From the NCBI GenBank assembly GCA_964426945.1, contig CAYRSS010000009.1, positions 8,090 through 72,089 of the forward strand: a stretch of 64,000 nt of DNA, written 5' to 3'. The notes below the pieces were generated by a model that saw nothing but the letters and a program-made list of their open reading frames with translations, did no database searches and was not told where the DNA came from. Source of the DNA: an uncultured Phycisphaeraceae bacterium. GTDB lineage: Bacteria > Planctomycetota > Phycisphaerae > UBA1845. Of this stretch, positions 8,453 to 18,352 are shown piece by piece (the stretch's first letter is position 1; every line of letters starts with the position of its first letter). The translations under genes and the position numbers were made by a program.

Positions 8453-10444
8453 CTACGCGTAGCTGTGCAGGCCGACGATGATGAAGTTGATCACGATCCA
8501 GTTGAACATCATCACCGCACATCCCGCGAGGGCCAGCGCAGCCGTCCAAAGGCCCTTATCGCGCACCTTCAGGCGCACGTGAATGAGCGCGATGATGATG
8601 ATGAACGTGTTGAGCGCGAAGACCTCTTTCGGATCCCACCCCCACGGACGACCCCAGGTGTGATCCGCCCAGATCGCGCCCATGACGAGCCCGGCCCAGA
8701 GCATGATGAACGAAAGCTCCATCAGGACCATCGTGGCGCCGTCAAACACCTGACCCAGCGTTGGCGCGGCCTGGCGGATGAAGCCGGGGCGTTCGGCGCC
8801 GGCGCTGAGGAGCGTGCCCGCCCCGCCGGCGGCGGCATGCTCGATGGGCTGACCGACGCGGCCCCTGGCGCGGGCGCTGAACATCTCGACCAGGACGACA
8901 AGCCCCGAGCAGAAGATCACCGCGATGACCGCCCACATCCGCTCGATCGGCATGCGGTGGGCGGGGCTGACCACGTGCATCATCAGCATGTACGACGTAT
9001 ACCCGCAGAGGGCGACGGCGGCGGGCAGGATCATCAGCCGGACGGGGTGGAGGCTCCGCATCCGCAATGCGCCGAGCCAGCGGTAGCCGAGGTAGAGTAC
9101 GGCCGAAACGCCGCCCATGAAGATCAGGGCGTAGCTGGCGATGATGACGTTCGTGTGGATGTAGAGCCACACGTCATCGAGCGCCGCCATCTTGTTGCTG
9201 ATCGCTGAATCCATGCCGGTGGGCGCGAAGTACGCGGTCATCAGCGCGACCATCGAGCCGATCGAGGCCCCGAGCGCAAAGAGGTTGCGCATGAGCGACT
9301 TGCGGGCTGCGTACTCCAGGACGAGCGCCAGGACGCTGCCAAACCAGGCGGCCGTGGTTACGGCCTCGAACATGTTCGTGTTCGGCCATCGCCCCGAGAT
9401 GATCCAGCGGACCACGATCGACGCGGTGTGCGCGGCCGTGGCCAGGAAGAAGATGCCCAGACCCGCCCGGCGGGCGCCGTTCCACTTGTAGATCACGCTC
9501 ATCAGCAGCGGCACGACGCCGGCAAGGTATATCAGCCACACCCACGTCATGCTCTTGTTGCGGAAGTACCAGCTTTCGAGCTCAAGCCGCTTGGCCGAGG
9601 GGTGCAACTCCGGCGAGACCTTGCGGAACAGTTCGGCCAATTGCGAGATCTGCACGTTGGCGGCGGCGGCGTCCTCCGCCCGCCAGGCGGCGCCGAGTTT
9701 GCTCCACGCCTCCGAGATGGAACCCGCCAGATCCGGGTCGAGCCCCGCCGGCACAGGGTTCTTCGCCACGCCCGCGTGTGCGTGATCGTGCGGCGCGGCG
9801 GAGGCGAGATCGCGCATCGCGATCCACGGGTCGCTCTTTTCGCCGCTGGGCGGGGCCACGAACCGCAACTCCTGCAGCAGCAGCGCAGGCTTCGATACGT
9901 TCAGTGCCGAGCGAAGCTGGGATACCGGCTTTTCGGTGCGGATCACGTCCCGGCTGAGCTCGTCCAAACGGCGCTGCACGGCGGGAAGGCTGAAGAGCCG
10001 CGGCGGAAGCATGCGGGTCTTGAGGTAAGCCTCCGCCTGTTCCGCGGTGACCTCGCCAACCTCGACCATGACCTGGAGCAACTGGGAGAGGAAGTCCTTG
10101 TTCTTGACGTAGATGATCGGCCGATCGGTGTACTGCTGCGCGCGGAAAACCAGGTCGAGGTAGGTGAACCCGAAAGACTGCCCCGCCAGCGGCCGCGAAC
10201 CGGCTACGTAGCCCATGTAGGTCTTGGCGTGCGACTCGAACGACCTCAGTCGTCCGTCGGCCTGAACGGTGCTGCGGAACAGCGGGCCTAGGTCTACCGA
10301 GGAGGCGAAGGAAGACACCTTCCCGTCGACCGGATCGGACCAGGCCGAGGCTGGAGCCACGGCGAGGCACCCGATCGACAGCGCAGCCGCCACGAGCAGG
10401 TTTGCTGAACGAATCCCGGAGAAGTTGGTCATGGTCATCCTCAT
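8453..10444 (-). CDS. ccsA: Cytochrome c biogenesis protein CcsA (System II heme-handling subunit) with long N-terminal periplasmic extension
   Basis: Trp-rich WWD motif WGRPWGWDPKEVFAL and multiple TM helices. Start set at MRMTMTNF (10444), after the resB stop at 10462. Signal peptide LLVAAALSIGCLAVAPASA. Confidence 0.85.
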   Translation of the reverse strand: MRMTMTNFSGIRSANLLVAAALSIGCLAVAPASAWSDPVDGKVSSFASSVDLGPLFRSTVQADGRLRSFESHAKTYMGYVAGSRPLAGQSFGFTYLDLVFRAQQYTDRPIIYVKNKDFLSQLLQVMVEVGEVTAEQAEAYLKTRMLPPRLFSLPAVQRRLDELSRDVIRTEKPVSQLRSALNVSKPALLLQELRFVAPPSGEKSDPWIAMRDLASAAPHDHAHAGVAKNPVPAGLDPDLAGSISEAWSKLGAAWRAEDAAAANVQISQLAELFRKVSPELHPSAKRLELESWYFRNKSMTWVWLIYLAGVVPLLMSVIYKWNGARRAGLGIFFLATAAHTASIVVRWIISGRWPNTNMFEAVTTAAWFGSVLALVLEYAARKSLMRNLFALGASIGSMVALMTAYFAPTGMDSAISNKMAALDDVWLYIHTNVIIASYALIFMGGVSAVLYLGYRWLGALRMRSLHPVRLMILPAAVALCGYTSYMLMMHVVSPAHRMPIERMWAVIAVIFCSGLVVLVEMFSARARGRVGQPIEHAAAGGAGTLLSAGAERPGFIRQAAPTLGQVFDGATMVLMELSFIMLWAGLVMGAIWADHTWGRPWGWDPKEVFALNTFIIIIALIHVRLKVRDKGLWTAALALAGCAVMMFNWIVINFIIVGLHSYA

Positions 10445-10461
10445 GCGGACCCGCGCGCTGA

Positions 10462-12837
10462 TCACTCGGCGACGGCCAGCGCCTCCTGTGGCCGGTCCGC
10501 CCCGCCGCGAGCCGCCACCTTGGCCCAGGATTGTTCCTGGCGCCGACGCCGGATAATCGGCTTGACGTAGAACGCGAAGATCATGCCGCCGACGGAAAGC
10601 ACACAGCCGGCCAGCTGGACGTAGACACCGTTGCGGTTGCCCACGCCGAGGCCGGTGAAGTTCATCCCTGAACCGGGCCCCATGGTCGGCGGATCCCACA
10701 TCGACTGGAAGTACCAGAGGCCGCCGAACTCGGTCGGTTCGTTCACCATGATGGGCGACTGCTCAGTCCAACCGGAGCCTTCGCGGAACCGCAGCTCGCT
10801 GACGTAGTTCAGGATTGTATCGGCCCGGCCGGCGTAGCCGCCGATGTGCGTCCGCAGGTGGAAGTCGTCCAGCGCGACGGGGGCCGGCAGCGGCCGGCGC
10901 TCCCGCGAGAAGACCACCTCCACGTCGCGGCCATCCGGCATGGCGAGCCGGACGGGGGAATAGACGAACCGCGTCCCCGTGCCGTACTGCTCGTTGGGGA
11001 AGACGTAGCTGTTGAAGGGCACCCAGACGCTCTGGGTCCCGCCGCTGGTCTCGACCTCCAGCTGAATCATCGACATCTGCTCAGCCACGTCGCGGCGGCG
11101 CTGGGCGGGAGGAATCACGTGAGGCTTGACCTCGCTGACCGCCCTCATCAGGAACCGATCGACGGTCAGCGTGATTTCACTCACCACCTGCGTGGGCTGC
11201 CCCACGGTAACCTCGCGGACCATACGGGGGCCGGTGTCCCCGTTGTAGGACAGGTGCAGCCGGCCGTCGGGTGTGGCCAGGAACGAGACCGGCGCGCTCG
11301 CCGGGCGGTAGGTCATGACGAACCGCGGGTCCAGTTCGCGCGACATCCGGCCGTGCCCGCCGTGGGGATCGGCTGAATCGATCATGTCCACCGTGCGGCG
11401 GGGATTGTCGGCCACCATGCGGGTGAACGTGCCCTCGGGGGTCTTCACGTCGACAATGGCGACGCTGACGGGGCCGTCCTCAAACTGCAGACCGCCGGCC
11501 ACCTGGCGCAGGCGGTAGGAGAACTCCGTGCCGTCAATGGCCGTGAAGGCGCCGCCTTCGCCGACGATCGTGCCGGCGTCGGCAGCGACTTCGAAGGACT
11601 TGCCGGCCGATGGCACCTCGATGCGCACGACGGCTCTGGCGTCGCGCGGATAGGAGCCGAGTTGGGCAATGTCGAGCAGGAAGAGGAACTCGATGTTCCC
11701 ATCCTCGCTGTGATTGCGGTGCGGATCGAACGCCAGCAGTTCCGGATAGCTCGCCGAACCCATCGGAGACCTGGCCGAGAACTGGATCAGCGGATTGAGC
11801 TCCGTACCTTCGCGCCAACGCCGCTCGAGCTGGGCGTAGCGTAGATAGCCGCGGACGCGCACCGACGCACTGCCGAGCGGATCGCCCTCGCCGGCGGGCC
11901 GAACCTCGATGTCGATTGGGTTGGGAGTGATCGGGAAGTTCGCGAACACCTGGTCCGGGAAGCGGATGCGGTCGTTGTAGCGCGGCATGCCCCGGATGGG
12001 CCGTTCGTGCCACTGCGTCTCGCCGACGCGGCGGACGAAAAGCGCCCACGTCTGCATCACGTGGAAGTGGGTCTGCGGCTCATATTCCAGCGTCAGGTTC
12101 AGATTCTCGTCGACCAGCTTGCGCCCCAGGACGTTGATGGCCCGCTTCACGGGCGGATTCTCGCGGGTAATGAGCAGGTCTTCGGTGTACTGCGGATACT
12201 TGTCGAGAAGCTGTCGGATGAAGGTCTCGCCGGAGGGCTTGCGGACGGCGACATTGACGGAGTAGGTCTTCTGCCCCTTGTCGTCGCCGCTGAGGATCGG
12301 CCAATCGGTCTGCGTTTCCTGAATCTCGAAGCGCCAGACCTGCGGCCGATTGCCGACCTCGATCGAAGCACCCGGCGAGCAGAGCAGCGTAGCCGCCTTG
12401 TCCACGCCAGGCACCTCGATGCGGACGTGCCGACGGAAAACCGGCGCGTCGCCCTCGACTTTCGTGCCGAAGTACACGTAGCTGCCCAGGACCATGATGA
12501 TGATCCCGAGGTGGATGGTCCACACGCCTGCGTTAACCAGTCGCAGCGGGATCCGCCGGATGGTCACCACTGCGAGTGCGATGCAGAACAGGATGACCAG
12601 CGCGTCGAACGGCCACCAGTGGAACCACTCGAATTCCGTCAGATCCAGCAGGGCGTTCTCGCGGACCGACGGGGCGGCGCTGCCGATCGAGCAATAGATG
12701 AACAGCAGAACCAGCAGCACGACGCCGAACCAGACGCTGCTGAAGAGGTCCAGCAGCCAGCTCAGCGGTCCGCCCGATCGCGCCCGAGGCGGGATTGCTC
12801 CGGCCCCATTCTCAACTTGGAACATCGCCTTGGTCAT
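10462..12837 (-). CDS. resB: Cytochrome c biogenesis protein ResB/Ccs1 (System II)
   Basis: N-terminal LSWLLDLFSSVWFGVVLLVLLFIYCSIGS, FEWFHWWPFDALVILF and RRIPLRLVNAGVWTIHLGIIIM typical of ResB, a large periplasmic loop and a C-terminal TM. Start MTKAMF at 12837. Confidence 0.85.
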   Translation of the reverse strand: MTKAMFQVENGAGAIPPRARSGGPLSWLLDLFSSVWFGVVLLVLLFIYCSIGSAAPSVRENALLDLTEFEWFHWWPFDALVILFCIALAVVTIRRIPLRLVNAGVWTIHLGIIIMVLGSYVYFGTKVEGDAPVFRRHVRIEVPGVDKAATLLCSPGASIEVGNRPQVWRFEIQETQTDWPILSGDDKGQKTYSVNVAVRKPSGETFIRQLLDKYPQYTEDLLITRENPPVKRAINVLGRKLVDENLNLTLEYEPQTHFHVMQTWALFVRRVGETQWHERPIRGMPRYNDRIRFPDQVFANFPITPNPIDIEVRPAGEGDPLGSASVRVRGYLRYAQLERRWREGTELNPLIQFSARSPMGSASYPELLAFDPHRNHSEDGNIEFLFLLDIAQLGSYPRDARAVVRIEVPSAGKSFEVAADAGTIVGEGGAFTAIDGTEFSYRLRQVAGGLQFEDGPVSVAIVDVKTPEGTFTRMVADNPRRTVDMIDSADPHGGHGRMSRELDPRFVMTYRPASAPVSFLATPDGRLHLSYNGDTGPRMVREVTVGQPTQVVSEITLTVDRFLMRAVSEVKPHVIPPAQRRRDVAEQMSMIQLEVETSGGTQSVWVPFNSYVFPNEQYGTGTRFVYSPVRLAMPDGRDVEVVFSRERRPLPAPVALDDFHLRTHIGGYAGRADTILNYVSELRFREGSGWTEQSPIMVNEPTEFGGLWYFQSMWDPPTMGPGSGMNFTGLGVGNRNGVYVQLAGCVLSVGGMIFAFYVKPIIRRRRQEQSWAKVAARGGADRPQEALAVAE

Positions 12838-13115
12838 CCAAACCCGGGGCCTGATGCCGGCCCTCGCTCGGCCGTACCCGGCCCGCCTGCCCATGCCGCT
12901 CTAATGATAGACGATCCCGGCCCGGACGGCAGTATCGCCGGGTGCGGCACCGACTGAAAACGAACATGGCCGCTTTCGCGGCCATGCGGGTCGGCCACAC
13001 CGACGCCGCCGGCCTCAGCGGATCCGCCCTGTCTCACAGGTTCGGCCCACTGGCATAGGCATAGCATGCGGTGTGCCAGTTGTTCAATGCGCCGGGGGGA
13101 CTTCCCCGTCGGCGG

Positions 13116-14018
13116 CTACTCGGGCAGTTCGTCGGACATCCCCGTCGGCGCCTGGGTGCCCATCACGCGGGCCCGGTCAGCGCCGGTCGGGATCGGGGTG
13201 GACGCGGTGATCGAGCCGCGCGGGACAAGGTAGATTTCGACGCGGCGGTTCTGCGCGGCGCCGCCATCCGTCGAGTTGCTGGCCACGGGGCGGTACTCGC
13301 TGCACCCGGCGACGATGACGCGGTCGGGGGCATATCCGTAGTCGAGCAGGACGCGGGAAACCGAAATCGCCCGGTGGGCGGCGAGGTGCCAGTTCGTCGG
13401 ATGGGCGGCGCGGGTCGAAGCCTGCTTGATCGGCTTGTCGTCCGTGTGGCCGACGATGACCACCTCGAAGTCGGCCGCGGCAGAGGACTTCAGCACTTCG
13501 CTGAAATCGCGCAGGGCGCCTTTCGAGTTGTCCACGACGACATCACTGCCGAGGGCGAAGAGCAGGTCCGCACGCCACTTCACGTTGCCGTGCGCAGCGT
13601 CGTAGACGACCGCGCCGGGGTGTGCGTCTGCGAAGCCCTTGAGGGCCGAGTCGAGCGGCGCCGGAAGCTTGGCGCCGACGATGTTGACGGAGCCAAGCGG
13701 CTGACGCGCGGCGAGAATCTCAAGCGTGGTCTTGGTCGTGCCGAGCATCTCGTGCATCGCGTCGTTTTCGCTGCGGAGATTCGCGACCAGTTCGTCCTTC
13801 GTGCGGATCTCGCCTTCCAGTGACGTGATGCGCACGCGCAGCGAGTCGGTCACGCTGCGCTCGTCCTGCAGCTCAGTCTCCACGCCGACCTTCTCCGCCG
13901 CCAGCCGACGGTTCTTGGCCTCCACGCTCCGGTAAGTGTCCATCGACACGCATCCGCCCGCGAGCATCGCCACGACGCCCCCGCACACGACTGTCCCTGT
14001 CAATCCACGGCCCTTCAT
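13116..14018 (-). CDS. OmpA/MotB-domain lipoprotein with coiled-coil N-terminal half
   Basis: Lipobox-like MLAGGC and heptad-rich segment. C-terminal OmpA-like VIVGHTDDKPI...NWHLAAHRAISV...NRRVEIYLVP. The second ATG (14018) has GGAGG 7 nt upstream. Confidence 0.85.
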   Translation of the reverse strand: MKGRGLTGTVVCGGVVAMLAGGCVSMDTYRSVEAKNRRLAAEKVGVETELQDERSVTDSLRVRITSLEGEIRTKDELVANLRSENDAMHEMLGTTKTTLEILAARQPLGSVNIVGAKLPAPLDSALKGFADAHPGAVVYDAAHGNVKWRADLLFALGSDVVVDNSKGALRDFSEVLKSSAAADFEVVIVGHTDDKPIKQASTRAAHPTNWHLAAHRAISVSRVLLDYGYAPDRVIVAGCSEYRPVASNSTDGGAAQNRRVEIYLVPRGSITASTPIPTGADRARVMGTQAPTGMSDELPE

Positions 14019-14410
14019 TGCTGTGCCTCCCATGCCATCACGAAAACAGGAAACCTTGCAGATGGAAGCGCGTGTCCGTCACGCGAAACCGATCGACCCG
14101 TCTCAGTGTCCAGCACGGTGCGATGATGCGGATCGCCCGGAAAAACGCAAGCCGACGCAGCGCCGTCGCGGCCATAATTGCGTGCGAATTCGTCGGCCCC
14201 GCTCAGGGCCCGCCCGGCGAAGATCCGCAGCGATCCGACGGTCCGCCGACCGCTGCCGTCGGCCGCCGCGCCGATGCGTAGAACAATTCACAGGCGGCCG
14301 AGCGTGCGGCTGTCCGGGGAGGCAACGACCGCCGATACTCGGACCATCCACCCCGTTGATCCCGGTTACCCGGCGGGCAATGATCGGCGGGCCGGATCGT
14401 TAGGCAGGAT

Positions 14411-14992
14411 GTGCTGGTGAAAGCCGTCGACGAGCTGGACGAGATCATTCGGCGGGCCCAGAACCGGGATCCCGCGGCTTTCGACGTGCTCGTGGAGCGG
14501 TACTCGTCTCGGCTTTACGGCTTCCTTCTTCGCTTTATTGGCAAGTCCGGGGAGGCCGAGGATCTGGTTCAGGAAGTATTCGTCCGGCTGGTCCGGACGA
14601 TCGAGAGCTACCAGCACGACGGCCGGTTTGAGGCCTGGCTGTTCCGGATCGCCGCGAACCTCGCTCGCGACCGGGCCCGACGGCTGGGGAGGTCTCCGGG
14701 GCTGACGTCGCTGGACGCGGCGGACGAGTCGGGGCCGGAGGCGGTCCCGCTCAGGCTGGTTGATCGGTCGGGGCCAGGGGCCCGGATGGAGACGGCGGAG
14801 GCGGTCGACCGCCTGCAGGTGGCGCTGGAGCAGTTGCCGCCCGCGGAACGGGAGGTCGTGATGCTGCGTCACTATTCCGAGCTGAGCTTCGCCGAGATCG
14901 CTGAGATCATGGGGACCCCGCTGGGAACCGCTCTCGCCCGCGCTCATCGCGGGCTGGCGAAGCTGCGGGAGATGATGGAGTCCGAGCGATGA
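14411..14992 (+). CDS. ECF-type RNA polymerase sigma-70 factor
   Basis: Region 2 DLVQEVFVRLVRTIESYQHDGRFEAWLFRIAANLARD. Region 4 REVVMLRHYSELSFAEIAEIMGTPLGTALARAHRGLAKLR. Confidence 0.9.
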   Translation: MLVKAVDELDEIIRRAQNRDPAAFDVLVERYSSRLYGFLLRFIGKSGEAEDLVQEVFVRLVRTIESYQHDGRFEAWLFRIAANLARDRARRLGRSPGLTSLDAADESGPEAVPLRLVDRSGPGARMETAEAVDRLQVALEQLPPAEREVVMLRHYSELSFAEIAEIMGTPLGTALARAHRGLAKLREMMESER

Positions 14993-15576
14993 CGCTCGAG
15001 TCGAAGATGCACGAAGACATCCGCCGCGACGAGGCTTGGCTGCGCTCGGTCATGCCCGACTGTGCGCCCCCCGCCGTCGAGCGGGTGAAACTCGCCGCGC
15101 GGGTCGCCTTGCACGAATCCTGGCTGAACGAAGAACTCGCCGCCGACCGCGGCATGCCGGCCGGACTGCGTTCGCGGATCCGGGAGCGGGTCGCCGCGGA
15201 GCTCTCGGAGCTCCGCCTTACGAACACAGGCAGCGTGGAGACCGGCCGGTCGTTTAAGGGGAGCCGGTCTCCCGCCCGCCTGCCTCGCTGGGCCGCGGCG
15301 ATCGTCGGCATGGCGGCATGCCTGCTGTTCGCGGTGCTCGCCGGCCCGTTCCCCCCTTCGGCCGCGCCGGAGTTCAGCGCGGTTGATGCGTTCCTCGTCT
15401 ATGACGGGTCCGACGGCTTCGTCGAGCCGCTGGCCACGCTCGACGCCGATATCTGGGACTTGGAATATTCCCTGGGGCTGACTGCCTTCCAGGAGACCGA
15501 CGACGAAGCGATTGACGACCTCCTCGAAGACGTGGAGGGTTTCAACCCGAGCCTCTGGAGTTACGACACGCTGTAG
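14989..15576 (+). CDS. Putative anti-sigma factor (single-pass membrane protein)
   Basis: ATGA start/stop overlap with the ECF sigma gene. One TM, LPRWAAAIVGMAACLLFAVLAG. Acidic C-terminal tail. Confidence 0.55.
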   Translation: MTLESKMHEDIRRDEAWLRSVMPDCAPPAVERVKLAARVALHESWLNEELAADRGMPAGLRSRIRERVAAELSELRLTNTGSVETGRSFKGSRSPARLPRWAAAIVGMAACLLFAVLAGPFPPSAAPEFSAVDAFLVYDGSDGFVEPLATLDADIWDLEYSLGLTAFQETDDEAIDDLLEDVEGFNPSLWSYDTL

Positions 15577-15603
15577 CGGCGTGCCTCACCGGGAGCCACG
15601 ACT

Positions 15604-16482
15604 ATGCGACGTTACCTGAATTGCCTCGCCCTGCTCATCGCGACCGCGCTGCCTGTCGCCGTCGTGGGCTTCGCCCTCACGGCCACGGCCCGCGCGGAGG
15701 AGCCGCCTGCTGCTGAGGAGTCCCTCCTCCAACCGCCCGCGGCCGACATGCCCGAGCCGCCGGACGACCCGGCAGTGGCCCGTCGACCCGATCGTCCGCG
15801 CCGGGCCCCGTTGCGTGGCCGGGGGCTCGACGCCGACCAGCCGCCGCCTCCGGGACATCCCGGGGCGCCCCTGCCGCCGGATGGCGATGCGCTGTCGGAT
15901 GGCCCGGAGCCGCCTCATCGTCCGTTTGCGCCGCGCGACCTCTGGGCGCGACTGACCGACGAAGAGAAGACGGCGGTGGAGCAGTTCATCGAGGAAAACT
16001 TCCCGCTGCTTCATGAAGAGTTACAGCGGGCCAAGGACGAGGGCGTCGTTCGATTCGAGCGGCGGATGCAGCGTATCGCGCCGGAGATGCGGCGCCTGAT
16101 GGAGTTGATGCAGCACCAGCCGGATCGCGCCCGGCTGATCATCCGGGAGCGGGCCACCGACATGCGGTTCCGCCGCGCTGCGTTCGGGTATCGCCAGGCG
16201 GAGAGCGACGAGCGCCGCGAAGCCCTGCGACAGCAGCTCAGCGAGCTTGCACAGCAGGCCTTTGACATCCGCATTCAGCGGCGCGAGATGGAAATCCGCG
16301 ACCTGGAGCAGCGAATCGCGGAACTGCGGGCCCGGATCGACGAGGCCCGGACCAACCGCGATCAACTCGTGGCCGAGGAGCTTGAGCGCGCCCTCAACGC
16401 CAAGGCGCCCCTGGCGCCCGAGAGCGAAGACGGCGACCGACCGGAACGCGGACGCCCCGCCCCACGTCGACCGGACCACTGA
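15604..16482 (+). CDS. Secreted Pro-rich / coiled-coil protein associated with the ECF module
   Basis: SD GGGAGCC upstream and signal peptide LNCLALLIATALPVAVVGFALTATARA. A Pro-rich linker is followed by a long charged helical region (EMEIRDLEQRIAELRARIDEAR). Confidence 0.6.
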   Translation: MRRYLNCLALLIATALPVAVVGFALTATARAEEPPAAEESLLQPPAADMPEPPDDPAVARRPDRPRRAPLRGRGLDADQPPPPGHPGAPLPPDGDALSDGPEPPHRPFAPRDLWARLTDEEKTAVEQFIEENFPLLHEELQRAKDEGVVRFERRMQRIAPEMRRLMELMQHQPDRARLIIRERATDMRFRRAAFGYRQAESDERREALRQQLSELAQQAFDIRIQRREMEIRDLEQRIAELRARIDEARTNRDQLVAEELERALNAKAPLAPESEDGDRPERGRPAPRRPDH

Positions 16483-16530
16483 TCTCGCGAGACCCCCTGA
16501 ACTCTGCAGGCATTTTCCCGACTGCCTCAC

Positions 16531-16559
16531 CCGGCCGAGCCGCCCAGCGGTTCGGCCGG
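16531..16559. terminator. Candidate bidirectional terminator between convergent genes
   Basis: 8-bp stem CCGGCCGA / TCGGCCGG with a 13-nt GC-rich loop, followed by AGGCGTTTGTG. Lies between the stops at 16482 (+) and 16582 (-). Confidence 0.4.
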
Positions 16560-16581
16560 AGGCGTTTGTGCGAGCCGCAGG

Positions 16582-17571
16582 TCAGGCTGGCGGGAAGCCG
16601 TCCGGGTGGGTGCGATGCCAGTTCCACGCCGACTCGACAGTGCGGCGGATGTCGGTGAACTTCGGCTGCCAGCCGAATTCCTTCATGATCTTGCCCGGGT
16701 CGGCGTAGAGTTCCGGCGGATCGCCTTCGCGGCGCGGCGAGGGCACGGTGGGGATTTCGCAACCGGTCACGTCACGGCAGGCTTCGATCACTTCCTTCAC
16801 GCTGACGCCTTCGCCGGTGCCGACGTTGTAGTAACGGAATTTGCCTGCAGGCTGGGTTTCGATCGCGATACGATGTACGTCGGCGAGGTCCTCGACGTGG
16901 ATGTAGTCACGCACACAGGTGCCGTCGCGCGTGGGATAGTCCACGCCGAAGACGCTGACGGAGTCGCGCTTCTTCAAAGCCACTTGCAGCACGATCGGGA
17001 TGAGGTGGGTTTCGGGCGTGTGGTCCTCCCCGATGGATGCGTCGGCGGCGGCGCCGGACGCGTTGAAGTAGCGGAGTGCCGTGCCGCCGAGTTCCCACGC
17101 ACGGGCGCAGTCGCGGATGGCCCACTCCATCGCAAGCTTGCTGCGGCCGTAGGGCGAGATGGGGTGCTGGGGCATGTCCTCGGTGATGGGGACAGCGCGC
17201 GGCACGCCGTAGGTCGCACAGGTCGAACTGAAGACGAATCTGCGGATTTCGTGCTTGCGCATCAGTTCGAGGAGGCCCACGGTCAGCATCACGTTGTTGC
17301 GATAGTATCGCAGCGGCTCGCGGACGGATTCGTTCACATCCGCATACGCGGCGAAGTGCAGTACCCCGTCGAAGCCATCAGCCAGCGTTCTGTCAAGCAA
17401 CCCCGTATCGGCAAGGTCGGCATCGATGAGCTTCGCCCGCGGATCGACCGCCTCGCGATGCCCGGCGAGGGCCAGGCTGTCCCAGACGACGACTTCGTGT
17501 TCCGCAGCGCAGAGCGCCCTGACACAGTGACTTCCCACATAGCCGGCGCCGCCGGTCACCAGAAGCTTCAT
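16582..17571 (-). CDS. galE: UDP-glucose 4-epimerase
   Basis: MKLLVTGGAGYVGSH Rossmann motif and catalytic YGRSKLAME (YxxxK). Length about 329 aa from the M13 start. Confidence 0.9.
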   Translation of the reverse strand: MKLLVTGGAGYVGSHCVRALCAAEHEVVVWDSLALAGHREAVDPRAKLIDADLADTGLLDRTLADGFDGVLHFAAYADVNESVREPLRYYRNNVMLTVGLLELMRKHEIRRFVFSSTCATYGVPRAVPITEDMPQHPISPYGRSKLAMEWAIRDCARAWELGGTALRYFNASGAAADASIGEDHTPETHLIPIVLQVALKKRDSVSVFGVDYPTRDGTCVRDYIHVEDLADVHRIAIETQPAGKFRYYNVGTGEGVSVKEVIEACRDVTGCEIPTVPSPRREGDPPELYADPGKIMKEFGWQPKFTDIRRTVESAWNWHRTHPDGFPPA

Positions 17572-17980
17572 CCGGGCCTCCATCCTGTTGCCATCAGACC
17601 AGCACACACTCTAACGCGGACGGAGGCGATGAGCGAGCGAGGCAGGTCCCGCCGGATTCGGATGCAGATCCGGCGAGGGGTGTCGGTTGCTGCAGCTTCC
17701 ACTGGGGCCCCGGCGAGAGTCCGGCGGGCGCGCCGTCGGGCAGCGCGTCGACAGGTGGTCGGCCTGTCACTCCCGCGCGGCGGCGCACTGGGAAGGGGGA
17801 CGCACACCGCCGAGCGGCACGCCGGAACTCCCGGTTCGGGACATCAGCGTCGCGGCCCCTGTCAATCGACGGCCAAGTGAAGCAGACCGGCGCAACTCCT
17901 ACGCGGCATGGGGCCTCACGGCCGCGTGGTGCGCCGGTCTTCCGGTCTACGGGAGAAACTGATTTTGAGGGTGGCCGACG

Positions 17981-18352
17981 TCAGGCGGTTACGTCGAGCC
18001 GCGCGCCACGATCCTCATCGCGCGCCGCGTCCGGCCCGGGGGGCGGACGAGCGCCCTCCTCCTTCTCATGCAGCCGGTCAACCAGGGTGCGCGGCGAATC
18101 GAGGCGAGACGACGGCGGCTCGCGCGGGACGGTGGATCCGGCGCGACGCGACTCGCGGTCGAGCGGCCCGGATTCCGCGCCCTCGCGTTCGAGCGCCTGA
18201 ACGGCGCCGCCCCGCGACGCCTCCTCCTCGCGCTGCGCGAGCGGAATCGGCACCTGAATACCGAAGCGGGAATCGTGGTCGTGGTCGCGGCGGGCGGCGC
18301 CGGCAGCGCGCACGGAACTGCCCAGACCGACGGCATTGACGAGCCCGATCAT
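17981..18352 (-). CDS. Hypothetical highly charged 123-aa protein (weak call)
   Basis: GC3-rich codon pattern and AAGGGAAGGG upstream of the ATG. No recognisable motif. Divergent from the DUF2330 gene. Confidence 0.3.
   Translation of the reverse strand: MIGLVNAVGLGSSVRAAGAARRDHDHDSRFGIQVPIPLAQREEEASRGGAVQALEREGAESGPLDRESRRAGSTVPREPPSSRLDSPRTLVDRLHEKEEGARPPPGPDAARDEDRGARLDVTA

Noticed and set aside
16606-17880. 424-aa plus-strand ORF (similar cases: 6611..7864, 12007..12957, 24677..25777, 29760..31463, 31610..32827, 33718..34860, 62840..63943)
   Set aside because: All are mirror-strand ORFs of motif-supported genes (galE, PEP-CTERM gene, resB, ggt, DUF4340, GldG-like, ABC-2 permease, hypothetical genes next to rpmB). 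None shows a recognisable motif.
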